Origin: a virus
DNA length: 64,000 bases
Direction: 5' to 3' (one strand)
Virus record (IMG/VR): IMGVR_UViG_3300002835_007523
Location: 35,094 to 99,093 of that record
Shown here: in pieces, positions 55,715 through 63,537 of the stretch
Position numbering within the stretch: position 1 is the first letter of the stretch
Layout of the letters: every line of letters starts with the position of its first letter
Notes under the pieces: generated by a model
The model's database searches: none
Seen by the model: the letters and a program-made list of their open reading frames with translations, nothing else
Told to the model about the DNA's origin: nothing
Program-made: the position numbers and the translations under genes

Positions 55715-57106
55715 CTAGTTCTTTGTCTTTAGCCAAGCGTCTACTTCATCTGCGACAGGAGTCTCAGATCCTTTATCTTGTACTAGCTGTACCTCATTGA
55801 GGTTGAACTCTTCACGAAGATTGTATTCGTGAGTTTGGAATACAAGCTGGACCTTGTCCTGCTCGTCCTTGTCAAAGTGTGCAATAAAGTTAGCTACTGC
55901 AAACTCATAGCCAAATGCTGGTATAAAGCGTTCAAGCTCCATTGCCATATTGGTTGAGATTGGAGTTTCAAACTCACCTTTTGCTGCTTCGTTACGCATT
56001 TGCTTGACGATAAGTTTGATGGTCTTAGACTTAATCAACTTATCCTCGACATCGTCGTCGTAGTCCCAGTGAATTTGAACTGAGAAACGATTACGCATAG
56101 CAAAATTGAGCGGCGTAGTACCGACATACTCTGGGTTCATGGTGGCAAAGATCATGAGGTCTGGATGAGCCTCAATTGTCTCGCCGTGATGATCCAATAG
56201 CTGAAGGACACGTCGTCCGTCAAGGAGTGAATATAGACTGGTGTATATCTTTGGCGAGATAAAGTTAAACTCGTCAAGGATGAGTACGCCACCGTTACGA
56301 ACAACGTCAGTAACAGGACCGTCAATCCAGGCAAAGCCACCTGTCTCATGGTCATATATATCTTTACCAAAGAGAGTAGATGTCTCTAGCGCTGCATTGC
56401 CAGACACTTGAGCAACACGCTGTCTGCGTGCAGATGCCCATGCTAGAACTGCAGTAGTCTTACCGGGACCGGTAGGGCCGTAGATAAGGACGTCTTCGCC
56501 CATTTCTTTGGCCTTGTCAAAGCGTTCAAAGTCGGACTTGCCGAATAGAGTGCGATTGACATACTTAGATGCAAGCTCAAGCGGCGGTATTGAAGCTAGT
56601 GCTAGTGATAACACTTTGCCGTGTGTCTGAACCTGTGTAACTGGCGATGTTTGTGTTGGAGCGGACTCTGGCTCATCTCTACGCAGATCGATAATGCTTT
56701 CTGCTAGGGATTTGTCCTCGACGGATACTTTGTCATACAGTTCTTGTATGGCTTCTGTAGCTGGTCTACCATCTACTGTCTTGGAATTCTTGAATGATGA
56801 CAACGCTTTGTTGCCAAGCACTGGAGAATATCCACGCTCACTGATCTGTGTGTAATCACCGTCAGTTACATAGACAGCGATTGGTCGATTAGTTACGGTC
56901 TCGTGTTCAGATACAACGTCCAATAACGAATAGAGAGTAGTCGGTTGCCACTTGTTATGTGGACCTTTTTCTCCATCAGTTACTCTGGAATAAACCAGAA
57001 CTGGAACAGATTCGTTGTTCAGATCATTGTTAGGAACAATAAGAGTTTGACGCTTATTTGCTCCCATAGACGGTGTATACGTCTCGACGAACATCGCTAT
57101 ATTCAT
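55715..57106 (-). CDS. MoxR-family AAA+ ATPase (CbbQ/NirQ/CobS-like)
   Basis: GPTGPGKT, WIDGP, LILDEFN, ATMNP.YVGT.PLN.A..NRF. Confidence 0.9.
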   Translation of the reverse strand: MNIAMFVETYTPSMGANKRQTLIVPNNDLNNESVPVLVYSRVTDGEKGPHNKWQPTTLYSLLDVVSEHETVTNRPIAVYVTDGDYTQISERGYSPVLGNKALSSFKNSKTVDGRPATEAIQELYDKVSVEDKSLAESIIDLRRDEPESAPTQTSPVTQVQTHGKVLSLALASIPPLELASKYVNRTLFGKSDFERFDKAKEMGEDVLIYGPTGPGKTTAVLAWASARRQRVAQVSGNAALETSTLFGKDIYDHETGGFAWIDGPVTDVVRNGGVLILDEFNFISPKIYTSLYSLLDGRRVLQLLDHHGETIEAHPDLMIFATMNPEYVGTTPLNFAMRNRFSVQIHWDYDDDVEDKLIKSKTIKLIVKQMRNEAAKGEFETPISTNMAMELERFIPAFGYEFAVANFIAHFDKDEQDKVQLVFQTHEYNLREEFNLNEVQLVQDKGSETPVADEVDAWLKTKN

Positions 57107-57258
57107 TGTTGCCTTTCCCTTCTTTAGTTGGTATTTCTACCTCACCACTTACACGGTGTAAGTGGCTAGCAAGATAACCAAACCTGTTGGTTACCCTACT
57201 AGCCACTAACTAAATGGGCAAGGGGCTAACGCCGATATGCAGACGCGTTAGCCCCCGG

Positions 57259-57445
57259 CACCGGTATAGGCAAAACTACTTACCGAAGCTACTTACTCGC
57301 AGGAAGGAGATGAATCCAGGTTCTCCGATGATGTAAGCGCTATGCACTTACGATATTCGGCCAGAAACAAGGATTGAGAGCTCTGGTCTACTTTCTTTAG
57401 AGGAAGCCTGTTTTGCCTACCCCTCCGTCAACCGGTGTTGACGAA
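57259..57445 (-). ncRNA. candidate structured RNA (multibranch, loop-loop contact)
   Basis: 10-bp closing stem and four internal stems; mismatches read as G-U on the - strand. Confidence 0.45.
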
Positions 57446-57447
57446 AT

Positions 57448-58173
57448 CTATACTTGCTCAAGAGTTATGGTTGAATCCCAAGCCGCTCTCAATATAGGTG
57501 CACTATCTAACAGTGTGGCTTTCCACTCTTTTGATATTGCCTCTGATATTTCTTTGGTTGATAGGCCCTGTTGTCTACCATCCATATGCCATCTATTGAC
57601 GCACTTCATATACAGAGATATAGACTCTGGCATTGGTTTACCGTTCAATAGTTTGGGGAACTCATTTGCTAGGTCAATAGATAGGGCTGTGTGTTTGTAT
57701 ATGCCTGCCATATTTATGGCAAGAGGACCGTAAAACTTTACGGCATGAGCAGGCCAGCCATTCCTCCAATTATACGTTGACATAATTCTGTATATTCGAA
57801 TTATCTCTACAAGATATCTAGGCCGTAGAGTTTGATTGTTGTACCACTTTATTTTCTTTATTAGTTCGGCTGCAACTAGTAGGGGATAGTCCTCGTATAG
57901 TTGTGTGTAATAACAGGGTAGGTACCCATATTTACCGTTGTAGATTGCTTTTGCTATTACTTCTGGGGGAATCTTTTCTGCAGTTTCATGGCCTTCTGTA
58001 AAATAAAACGGGGTATATAGCGGCCGTTCACCATCTGTAGATAACCACGATGGAACTTCATCTCTTATGAATTTACTGGCTTCATCGTGGTCGTCTTCTC
58101 CTAGTGTTAACACTTCAAGGTCTTGACTTGTGTCTTGATCTCTGTGAGTTAACATAGTTGTTTCATTGGTCAC
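57448..58173 (-). CDS. hypothetical protein
   Basis: 241 aa, AAGGAG upstream. Confidence 0.75.
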   Translation of the reverse strand: MTNETTMLTHRDQDTSQDLEVLTLGEDDHDEASKFIRDEVPSWLSTDGERPLYTPFYFTEGHETAEKIPPEVIAKAIYNGKYGYLPCYYTQLYEDYPLLVAAELIKKIKWYNNQTLRPRYLVEIIRIYRIMSTYNWRNGWPAHAVKFYGPLAINMAGIYKHTALSIDLANEFPKLLNGKPMPESISLYMKCVNRWHMDGRQQGLSTKEISEAISKEWKATLLDSAPILRAAWDSTITLEQV

Positions 58174-58885
58174 CTTTTTCTCCTTCCTTTTCTTTGACTA
58201 TATTTATTAGCAGTTTTGGTTTATGTACTTGAAGTATCTTTCCAGTAGCAAGATCAATAGTTAAAGGATCTCCATCCCACTGAAAAGCTTTTCGTTTACC
58301 GCCCAAATCTCTGTGCCCAACACCGTTGCAAAATCGACATTCGATTTTAGCTCTGTGATTATCTGGGTTGAGATTTGGATTGCTTTGCAAACAGTTACAG
58401 CCGTATACCGTGAAGGTTTGACCACTAAATGTTTTTACCTCTTGATATCTGAATCTGTTAGTGTTTTTATTTCTTGCTTTATCTTTTTGTCCATTGCATT
58501 GATACCAATGTACTCCTTTACCTACGCATTTGGGGCAAGGCACCTTTCTAGTGTCAGTAAAGGTGTCTCCCTCTTGAAGTAAATAGAGTTTATGATTCCT
58601 CTGTACAAGACCTTCAAGGTTTGCATATCTGATTAATACATCTCTTGTTGATGGATAACTAAAGGACCGATCCAAGGCTATAATTGCTAATCCATTTGGA
58701 AGATAGCGAATTAGATCAGGACCCCAGTTTTTGAAATGTATGCCAATAGATGCACCGTCATTTCTGTACGTTGCATACAGTCTTTTGTTGTAGAGAGTTC
58801 TAAAAATCTTTTTTCTACCTCTATCGATGTATGCTTTTGCTGAATCATAATCGTGGACAATTGCATTCCAACGATTACTTGTCAT
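58163..58885 (-). CDS. hypothetical protein with DnaJ-type CxxCxGxG motifs
   Basis: CPKCVGKG and CRFCNGVG; GAAAGGA RBS. Confidence 0.75.
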   Translation of the reverse strand: MTSNRWNAIVHDYDSAKAYIDRGRKKIFRTLYNKRLYATYRNDGASIGIHFKNWGPDLIRYLPNGLAIIALDRSFSYPSTRDVLIRYANLEGLVQRNHKLYLLQEGDTFTDTRKVPCPKCVGKGVHWYQCNGQKDKARNKNTNRFRYQEVKTFSGQTFTVYGCNCLQSNPNLNPDNHRAKIECRFCNGVGHRDLGGKRKAFQWDGDPLTIDLATGKILQVHKPKLLINIVKEKEGEKGDQ

Positions 58886-58965
58886 GGTTTCCTTTCATAT
58901 GTTTGAAGGCAGTTTATCCCTTCACATGCCTAGGTGACGAGCCTGCGTTATTACCTTAGGTAACC

Positions 58966-59065
58966 GGCCATGAAGACCAAGCTGCACCCCTTCCGATGCA
59001 GATAGTGACAACTACCGATGAATCAGGGTTTCGACGGCAAGGCGGTCTCCGTCCTAATGATGGCC
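58966..59065 (-). ncRNA. candidate pseudoknotted RNA 3' of the tRNA
   Basis: GGCCAT/ATGGCC closing stem, three internal hairpins, 8-bp alternative or pseudoknot pairing. Confidence 0.4.
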
Positions 59066-59073
59066 TGTTGTCG

Positions 59074-59147
59074 TGCGCTGTGTAGGACTTGAACCTACGA
59101 CGACCGGATTATGAGTCCGGGGCTCTAACCAACTGAGCTAACAGCGC
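59074..59147 (-). tRNA. tRNA with CAT anticodon (Ile2 or elongator Met); CCA not encoded
   Basis: GCGCTGT TA GCTC AGTTGGTTA GAGC C CCGGA CTCATAA TCCGG TCGTC GTAGG TTCAAGT CCTAC ACAGCGC A. Confidence 0.95.
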
Positions 59148-59152
59148 GGGGG

Positions 59153-59166
59153 AATGTTTGTGTTGG
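59153..59166 (-). repeat. CCAACACAAACATT motif, copy B
   Basis: 5 nt upstream of the tRNA 5' end. Confidence 0.85.
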
Positions 59167-59171
59167 TACGC

Positions 59172-59459
59172 CTATTTATGGCTATCACACGTGCATTCTT
59201 GCCCATCAGCAAGTGCGTATTTACTGTAGTCCACATTAGGTACGGCCATAGTAAATACTCTTATCATGCGTCTAACTTTCCACTCCATTAGTTGTGCAGG
59301 AAATGCTGCACCCCACATGGTGTCATAACTTTGTATCTGATCTACTCGTATGATGGACTCACTGGTCCTATGGCTTTGAGGCCAGTTGTAATTAGTTATC
59401 TTATAGATAACTGGGGTATCACAACGATACCTAACTGATTCATCTATCACTCCATGCAT
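59172..59459 (-). CDS. hypothetical protein
   Basis: TAATG coupling. Confidence 0.7.
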   Translation of the reverse strand: MHGVIDESVRYRCDTPVIYKITNYNWPQSHRTSESIIRVDQIQSYDTMWGAAFPAQLMEWKVRRMIRVFTMAVPNVDYSKYALADGQECTCDSHK

Positions 59460-59788
59460 TACTCATCTCTCTTTCGTGTTCTTCGTATCCGTATAACATA
59501 CAGTTCATCTTCGTCTAAACCTCCCCACACACCAAAGTCTTGACGAGTATTGACTGCAAAGTCAAGGCATTCTGTAGTTACGGTGCAGGTAGCACAGACT
59601 AGCTTTGCCTGTCGTGTTCTTTCATCCTTTTCCGGACCGCGTTCTTGGTCGGGATGAAAGAATAGTTCTGGATCTACAGTTCTACAAGCAGCATCCTCTT
59701 GCCACTGGTAATTCTTTAGCGTCGGTGTAGGTAATCGTTTGATTACTACATTTGTTTGAACAATAGTGCGTCGTATCCTAGAGGACAT
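59459..59788 (-). CDS. whiB: WhiB-family protein (WhiB3/WhiD-like)
   Basis: WQEDAACR..FFHPDQERG..AKLVCATC.V..EC..FGVWGG. Confidence 0.92.
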   Translation of the reverse strand: MSSRIRRTIVQTNVVIKRLPTPTLKNYQWQEDAACRTVDPELFFHPDQERGPEKDERTRQAKLVCATCTVTTECLDFAVNTRQDFGVWGGLDEDELYVIRIRRTRKRDE

Positions 59789-60149
59789 AGATCTTTCCCT
59801 TCTTTGCTAGTTGCTTACGCTTTCTTTTTGATATTGGTTCTATGTATACGCCCATAGATAATGCTTCTTCTAATGTGCGTGCGTTGTTTAGTGACAGCGC
59901 TTTGTGTGCCGGAACTATTACTCCAGTCACGTTCATACCTTCATTACCTACACGGTTGAATCCGTATGGGCTGAAGTAGACATATGGTTTTAGTCTAACC
60001 CTAACCATATATCCGGAGCCTAATCCGTCTGCCATATCTAGTCCGTGAGCAACAGTGCCGCCAGATATTCCAGGTGACTGGAGATACACTGGCTTTGATG
60101 CTTGGTTTAGTCTACGAAGCAGGCGTAGTGTTTCTACTGCCTTGTTCAT
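59778..60149 (-). CDS. hypothetical protein
   Basis: 123 aa, GAAGGG RBS. Confidence 0.7.
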   Translation of the reverse strand: MNKAVETLRLLRRLNQASKPVYLQSPGISGGTVAHGLDMADGLGSGYMVRVRLKPYVYFSPYGFNRVGNEGMNVTGVIVPAHKALSLNNARTLEEALSMGVYIEPISKRKRKQLAKKGKIYVL

Positions 60150-60160
60150 TGTTTCCCTTC

Positions 60161-60529
60161 TTATTCGTATGTTGCTTGAGTTGGGGAAATCAGTGTTATC
60201 TTAGATTCAAATGCGAACAGTTGTTCTATCTGTTGGTCTGTAAGGCTAAGGTATTCACCATCCAGATTAGAACCATTGGTTAGAAGAACATCTCCAACCA
60301 TTACATCATGTGGACCATGATTAGTGTGATAGAGGGCTGTTGCAATAGGGTTTTGATCTAACTGCAGCATCTTGCCCTCTTCATTGCATAGCATGTCTAC
60401 GTTTTGTTTAGGAAGATAGACGCACTCATACAGCCCACCAACAGCAGCCTGAATATCTTTCAGGGTTAGCTTTTCGTATGACTGTATTGTTTTAGAGCCG
60501 TCTGTCTTGAGTAAGACAGTCTTTATCAT
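60161..60529 (-). CDS. DUF3846-like protein
   Basis: LKDIQAAVGG..E..NEEGK..N..AT..D..VGD. Confidence 0.75.
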   Translation of the reverse strand: MIKTVLLKTDGSKTIQSYEKLTLKDIQAAVGGLYECVYLPKQNVDMLCNEEGKMLQLDQNPIATALYHTNHGPHDVMVGDVLLTNGSNLDGEYLSLTDQQIEQLFAFESKITLISPTQATYE

Positions 60530-60766
60530 TTACTTGCCCTTCTTAGTAGTTGTTTTCTTTACTGCTTTCTTTACTGTTTTCTTCTTTGCTGCTTTTTCTT
60601 CTAACTGCTTCTCGAGGTCATCAAGAGCAGAGTTATAACCATCTGTGTATCCTTGGTAGTAAGACTCTCCACTACCTTGGCGCACTCCGAACATCCAGCC
60701 TGTTGCTAAAGCAATGGCTATGAGTGCTACAAAGAATATAACTGTGTATGTATCCATCATCATCAC
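60530..60766 (-). CDS. small membrane protein with Lys-rich tail
   Basis: TM helix, YYQGYTDGY, KKTVKKAVKK. Confidence 0.75.
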   Translation of the reverse strand: MMMMDTYTVIFFVALIAIALATGWMFGVRQGSGESYYQGYTDGYNSALDDLEKQLEEKAAKKKTVKKAVKKTTTKKGK

Positions 60767-60790
60767 CTCCTTTCATTGGTGACTGGTCTC

Positions 60791-61636
60791 TTATAGAGAC
60801 TTGGCTTCTTCTAACTGCTTTGCTAACTCTGCGGCTTGAGCCTCGAGTTCTGCAACCTTTGCTTCTTTGATCTTGGTCTTTGCTGATGCAAAGAATGATG
60901 CCAACTCAGCAACCTCATCCATAGAAAAGTCTAGGGTTCTGAATCCCTTGGACACCTCTACAGACATAGAGTGTGGGTTGACGGTGTAAGTAAGTTCGCG
61001 GCTGCCGTTATCGCAGCAGCAACGACGCTTGTAGCAACGTCCGCACATATTGTAATCACCCCCTAAGTTGTTCTCTTTTTCGAACTCTTCTCTTCGTTTA
61101 TAATGGTCAAAGTCTCTGACCAGCTTGCGAATAGAGTTATCGAAATGACCTTCATTCCAACTGTGCTTTGTTATGAGTTCCTCGACGGACTCGAACCAGA
61201 AAGACATGAACGCCTTATCTGAAGTTACCGGAGCATCAAAGGCTTTGAAATGGAAGAACTTGTCGACTTCATCGTCATAGAAGATGCTGTCATCCCTCCA
61301 TGCATACCTGTATGAGTGCATATGGCTTGGATCAGTCAATACGCCGTATACATATTCCGGAGATACTTCTCGTATACATAGGAATTTGTCTGAATCACGA
61401 CGTACACCGCATGACATATCTACAATGTGAAAGCGTTCGTCATCATAGACTAGCGTTCTTGGATAGTCTGTCATGACTTTAGCGTACTTGTGCCAGTCCT
61501 CAGAGGCAGACACTTTGTGGTTACCTCTGTTTAGATAACTGCCGCGCTCACCATTTTTATAGTAGTAGAGATACATACTAAGTGATCGTTTTTGCGTTTC
61601 TGGTAAAAGGTCGAGAAGAGCGGAATTTCCGTTCAT
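60791..61636 (-). CDS. hypothetical protein
   Basis: Start moved to MNGNS (GAGGTG RBS); CGRC..CCC. Confidence 0.75.
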   Translation of the reverse strand: MNGNSALLDLLPETQKRSLSMYLYYYKNGERGSYLNRGNHKVSASEDWHKYAKVMTDYPRTLVYDDERFHIVDMSCGVRRDSDKFLCIREVSPEYVYGVLTDPSHMHSYRYAWRDDSIFYDDEVDKFFHFKAFDAPVTSDKAFMSFWFESVEELITKHSWNEGHFDNSIRKLVRDFDHYKRREEFEKENNLGGDYNMCGRCYKRRCCCDNGSRELTYTVNPHSMSVEVSKGFRTLDFSMDEVAELASFFASAKTKIKEAKVAELEAQAAELAKQLEEAKSL

Positions 61637-61687
61637 ACTCACCTCTCTCCTACCTGTTGGACAGGCAGGCAGCAGGGCATGGGCGCG

Positions 61688-61701
61688 AATGTTTGTGTTG
61701 G
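61688..61701 (-). repeat. CCAACACAAACATT motif, copy C
   Basis: Intergenic; enclosed by GGCATGG/CCATGCC. Confidence 0.85.
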
Positions 61702-61726
61702 CGACCATGCCTCACTGTCTGACTAT

Positions 61727-62050
61727 TCAGTCTGAGTAATACTCGTTCAAGAGTCTGTACTCTAATCTATCTTTGCCACGCATGAAGCGATACACATACT
61801 TTCTGTACCAGCCATTGAAGAAGCGTTGCTTTACAAAGTCTATGCATACGTCAAAGATCTCTGTATTGGGGTTGTATTCCTGCAGGGCATTTTCCATCGC
61901 ATCATTGAGGAAGCAACCATCGCCCTCTTCATCTTTGTAGTTCCAAGTAATAGGCTCATCACCGTAGTAATAGATGGTGGCCAATATAACCTTGCGTTTG
62001 AGCGGGATTAGATTGCCTTGCTCATCATCTCTGAATCGTTTTATTCTCAT
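61727..62050 (-). CDS. hypothetical protein
   Basis: Start moved to MRIKRF (GGAGGTG RBS, ATGA overlap). Confidence 0.7.
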   Translation of the reverse strand: MRIKRFRDDEQGNLIPLKRKVILATIYYYGDEPITWNYKDEEGDGCFLNDAMENALQEYNPNTEIFDVCIDFVKQRFFNGWYRKYVYRFMRGKDRLEYRLLNEYYSD

Positions 62051-62175
62051 TTCACCTCCCTGTTGAATGTTGGATCGCAATCTGGGCAAGAAGAAACCCA
62101 CCTTACTTGTGAGGCGCCGAAGCCCCCGAACATACTTCCTTCAGCACACTTGAGGCAGACAAATACAATACTCAT
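62047..62175 (-). CDS. 42-aa CxxC..CxxC protein (absent from ORF track)
   Basis: GGAGG RBS; MSIVFVCLKCAEGSMFGGFGASQVRWVSSCPDCDPTFNREVK. Confidence 0.65.
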   Translation of the reverse strand: MSIVFVCLKCAEGSMFGGFGASQVRWVSSCPDCDPTFNREVK

Positions 62176-62303
62176 TAGCCACCTCCTGTGGGCTTGTGCT
62201 TGACGCCACATGAGGGGCATGTAACGCCATTGAGAGTAAGTGCGTCAAGTGTTATCAACTTGCCACACTTACATTTGATGATGCGGGCGGGGATACTTAC
62301 CAT
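62175..62303 (-). CDS. 42-aa CxC..CxxC protein (absent from ORF track)
   Basis: MVSIPARIIKCKCGKLITLDALTLNGVTCPSCGVKHKPTGGG; TAATG-coupled. Confidence 0.6.
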   Translation of the reverse strand: MVSIPARIIKCKCGKLITLDALTLNGVTCPSCGVKHKPTGGG

Positions 62304-62557
62304 GTCCGCTCAGCAAACCTAGCAGCAGCCTCAGTCTGATTATCAAAGTAATCACCTGAATGGCAGGCACCGCTTATTTCGTTGTATGACCATACGACAT
62401 ACGGATGATGTGGGGATGCGGGGGCATGACAAAGCACTATTGTGCAATGTGGTTCATTATTGACTGGTTTAGACAACAATACTGTCGCCCCAGCAGAAGC
62501 CCCCTTACCCTGCAGAACAATACCTGTCTTGACAACAGATACTATTTGATCGCTCAT
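62297..62557 (-). CDS. hypothetical protein
   Basis: 86 aa, AAGGGAG RBS; PYVVW..GDYF. Confidence 0.75.
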   Translation of the reverse strand: MSDQIVSVVKTGIVLQGKGASAGATVLLSKPVNNEPHCTIVLCHAPASPHHPYVVWSYNEISGACHSGDYFDNQTEAAARFAERTW

Positions 62558-62586
62558 AGACTCTCCCTTCTCGGCCTAGACAGCCG

Positions 62587-62627
62587 TAGACCCCAGCGAA
62601 ACCGACGGAAAATTTCGCGGGGGCCTA
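62587..62627 (-). other. intergenic stem-loop
   Basis: TAGGCCCC.GCGAAAT/GTTTCGC.GGGGTCTA on the - strand. Confidence 0.55.
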
Positions 62628-62634
62628 AAGCAGC

Positions 62635-62922
62635 CTAGTCTGCTTCTCTAGAGGAAAACAGGGGAGTTACATTGTCAGGTACTGGAACACAGCAATCACC
62701 CTGACATTTAGTAGGGTCGAAAGTCCATTTGAACTCGCCCCCACACTCTGTCTTGAATAGAACACCATCATCTATCCAATCAAGAGCTTTAGCCATACCC
62801 TCACTGATCAGATGTCGTTTGGACATGTGAAATGTAGTCACACCAACTACACCTGCGATAATGAGGTCTATAAACAGATTGAAACCATTGTAAAACATGA
62901 TTTCACCACCCACGGGCATCAC
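62635..62922 (-). CDS. small membrane protein
   Basis: N-terminal TM segment; start uncertain. Confidence 0.65.
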   Translation of the reverse strand: MMPVGGEIMFYNGFNLFIDLIIAGVVGVTTFHMSKRHLISEGMAKALDWIDDGVLFKTECGGEFKWTFDPTKCQGDCCVPVPDNVTPLFSSREAD

Positions 62923-62926
62923 CTCC

Positions 62927-63157
62927 TTATGTTGTGGGAATATTCAGTTGCGTAGTAGAAGAATCGGCGGGAATCCAAGTTACTATTGAGTCAAGGAAGA
63001 GATGTTTGTGTTGGCAATCAGTGCATTGTGCGGTGACTGAGCAATCGTCGTTTTTAGTGAGATACTCCTCGTTGATACGAGGGTGTGCCGCGTATGTAAT
63101 GACATTAGGTGTCTTACACACAAGGCAGGTGTAATCGAGCCATATTGGGGCTCCCAT
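62927..63157 (-). CDS. zinc-ribbon protein
   Basis: CLVC..CTDC; AAGGAGG RBS. Confidence 0.75.
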   Translation of the reverse strand: MGAPIWLDYTCLVCKTPNVITYAAHPRINEEYLTKNDDCSVTAQCTDCQHKHLFLDSIVTWIPADSSTTQLNIPTT

Positions 63158-63166
63158 ATTTCCTCC

Positions 63167-63328
63167 TTAGTTAGATATGAGGGAAGACATATCACGTTTG
63201 ATAGTGATGTACGCAGCAGCGCATGGATAACAGTATTTGCCTGTCATCTGTATCTCAAAGATCATTGTGGCATCAACGCCAGAATGAACGAGATTTGTAT
63301 TACTACAGCCGGGTGTAGCACAACTCAT
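63167..63328 (-). CDS. 53-aa Cys-containing protein (absent from ORF track)
   Basis: GGAGGTG RBS; MSCATPGCSNTNLVHSGVDA..KYCYPCAAAY.. Confidence 0.7.
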   Translation of the reverse strand: MSCATPGCSNTNLVHSGVDATMIFEIQMTGKYCYPCAAAYITIKRDMSSLISN

Positions 63329-63537
63329 TTACTCACCTCCTTATGTTTAGACTCAAGTAGCAGATTAGCGTTCTTGAGACAGGTATCGCACCCACACGAG
63401 TCTCGTAGGGCATTTACAATCTCATAGAACTCCCATGTGCCTATCGTGATAGTCGTTTGACCGATGTCCATACAGACCCTCCTGTCGTATGTGATAACAG
63501 CATGACCCTCATGCCGAAAACCTGGTTGCTCTGCCAC
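63325..63537 (-). CDS. hypothetical protein
   Basis: CGCDTC; ATGA overlap with next gene; start uncertain. Confidence 0.55.
   Translation of the reverse strand: MAEQPGFRHEGHAVITYDRRVCMDIGQTTITIGTWEFYEIVNALRDSCGCDTCLKNANLLLESKHKEVSK

Noticed and set aside
58940-59073. HDV-like theta ribozyme or hammerhead downstream of the tRNA
   Set aside because: No P3/L3 or J4/2 consensus for HDV-like; GAAA and CUGAU are not arranged as a hammerhead core.
61637-61708. N-terminal extension of ORF 60791-61708
   Set aside because: The RBS supports ATG 61636; the extension is the intergenic repeat and hairpin region.
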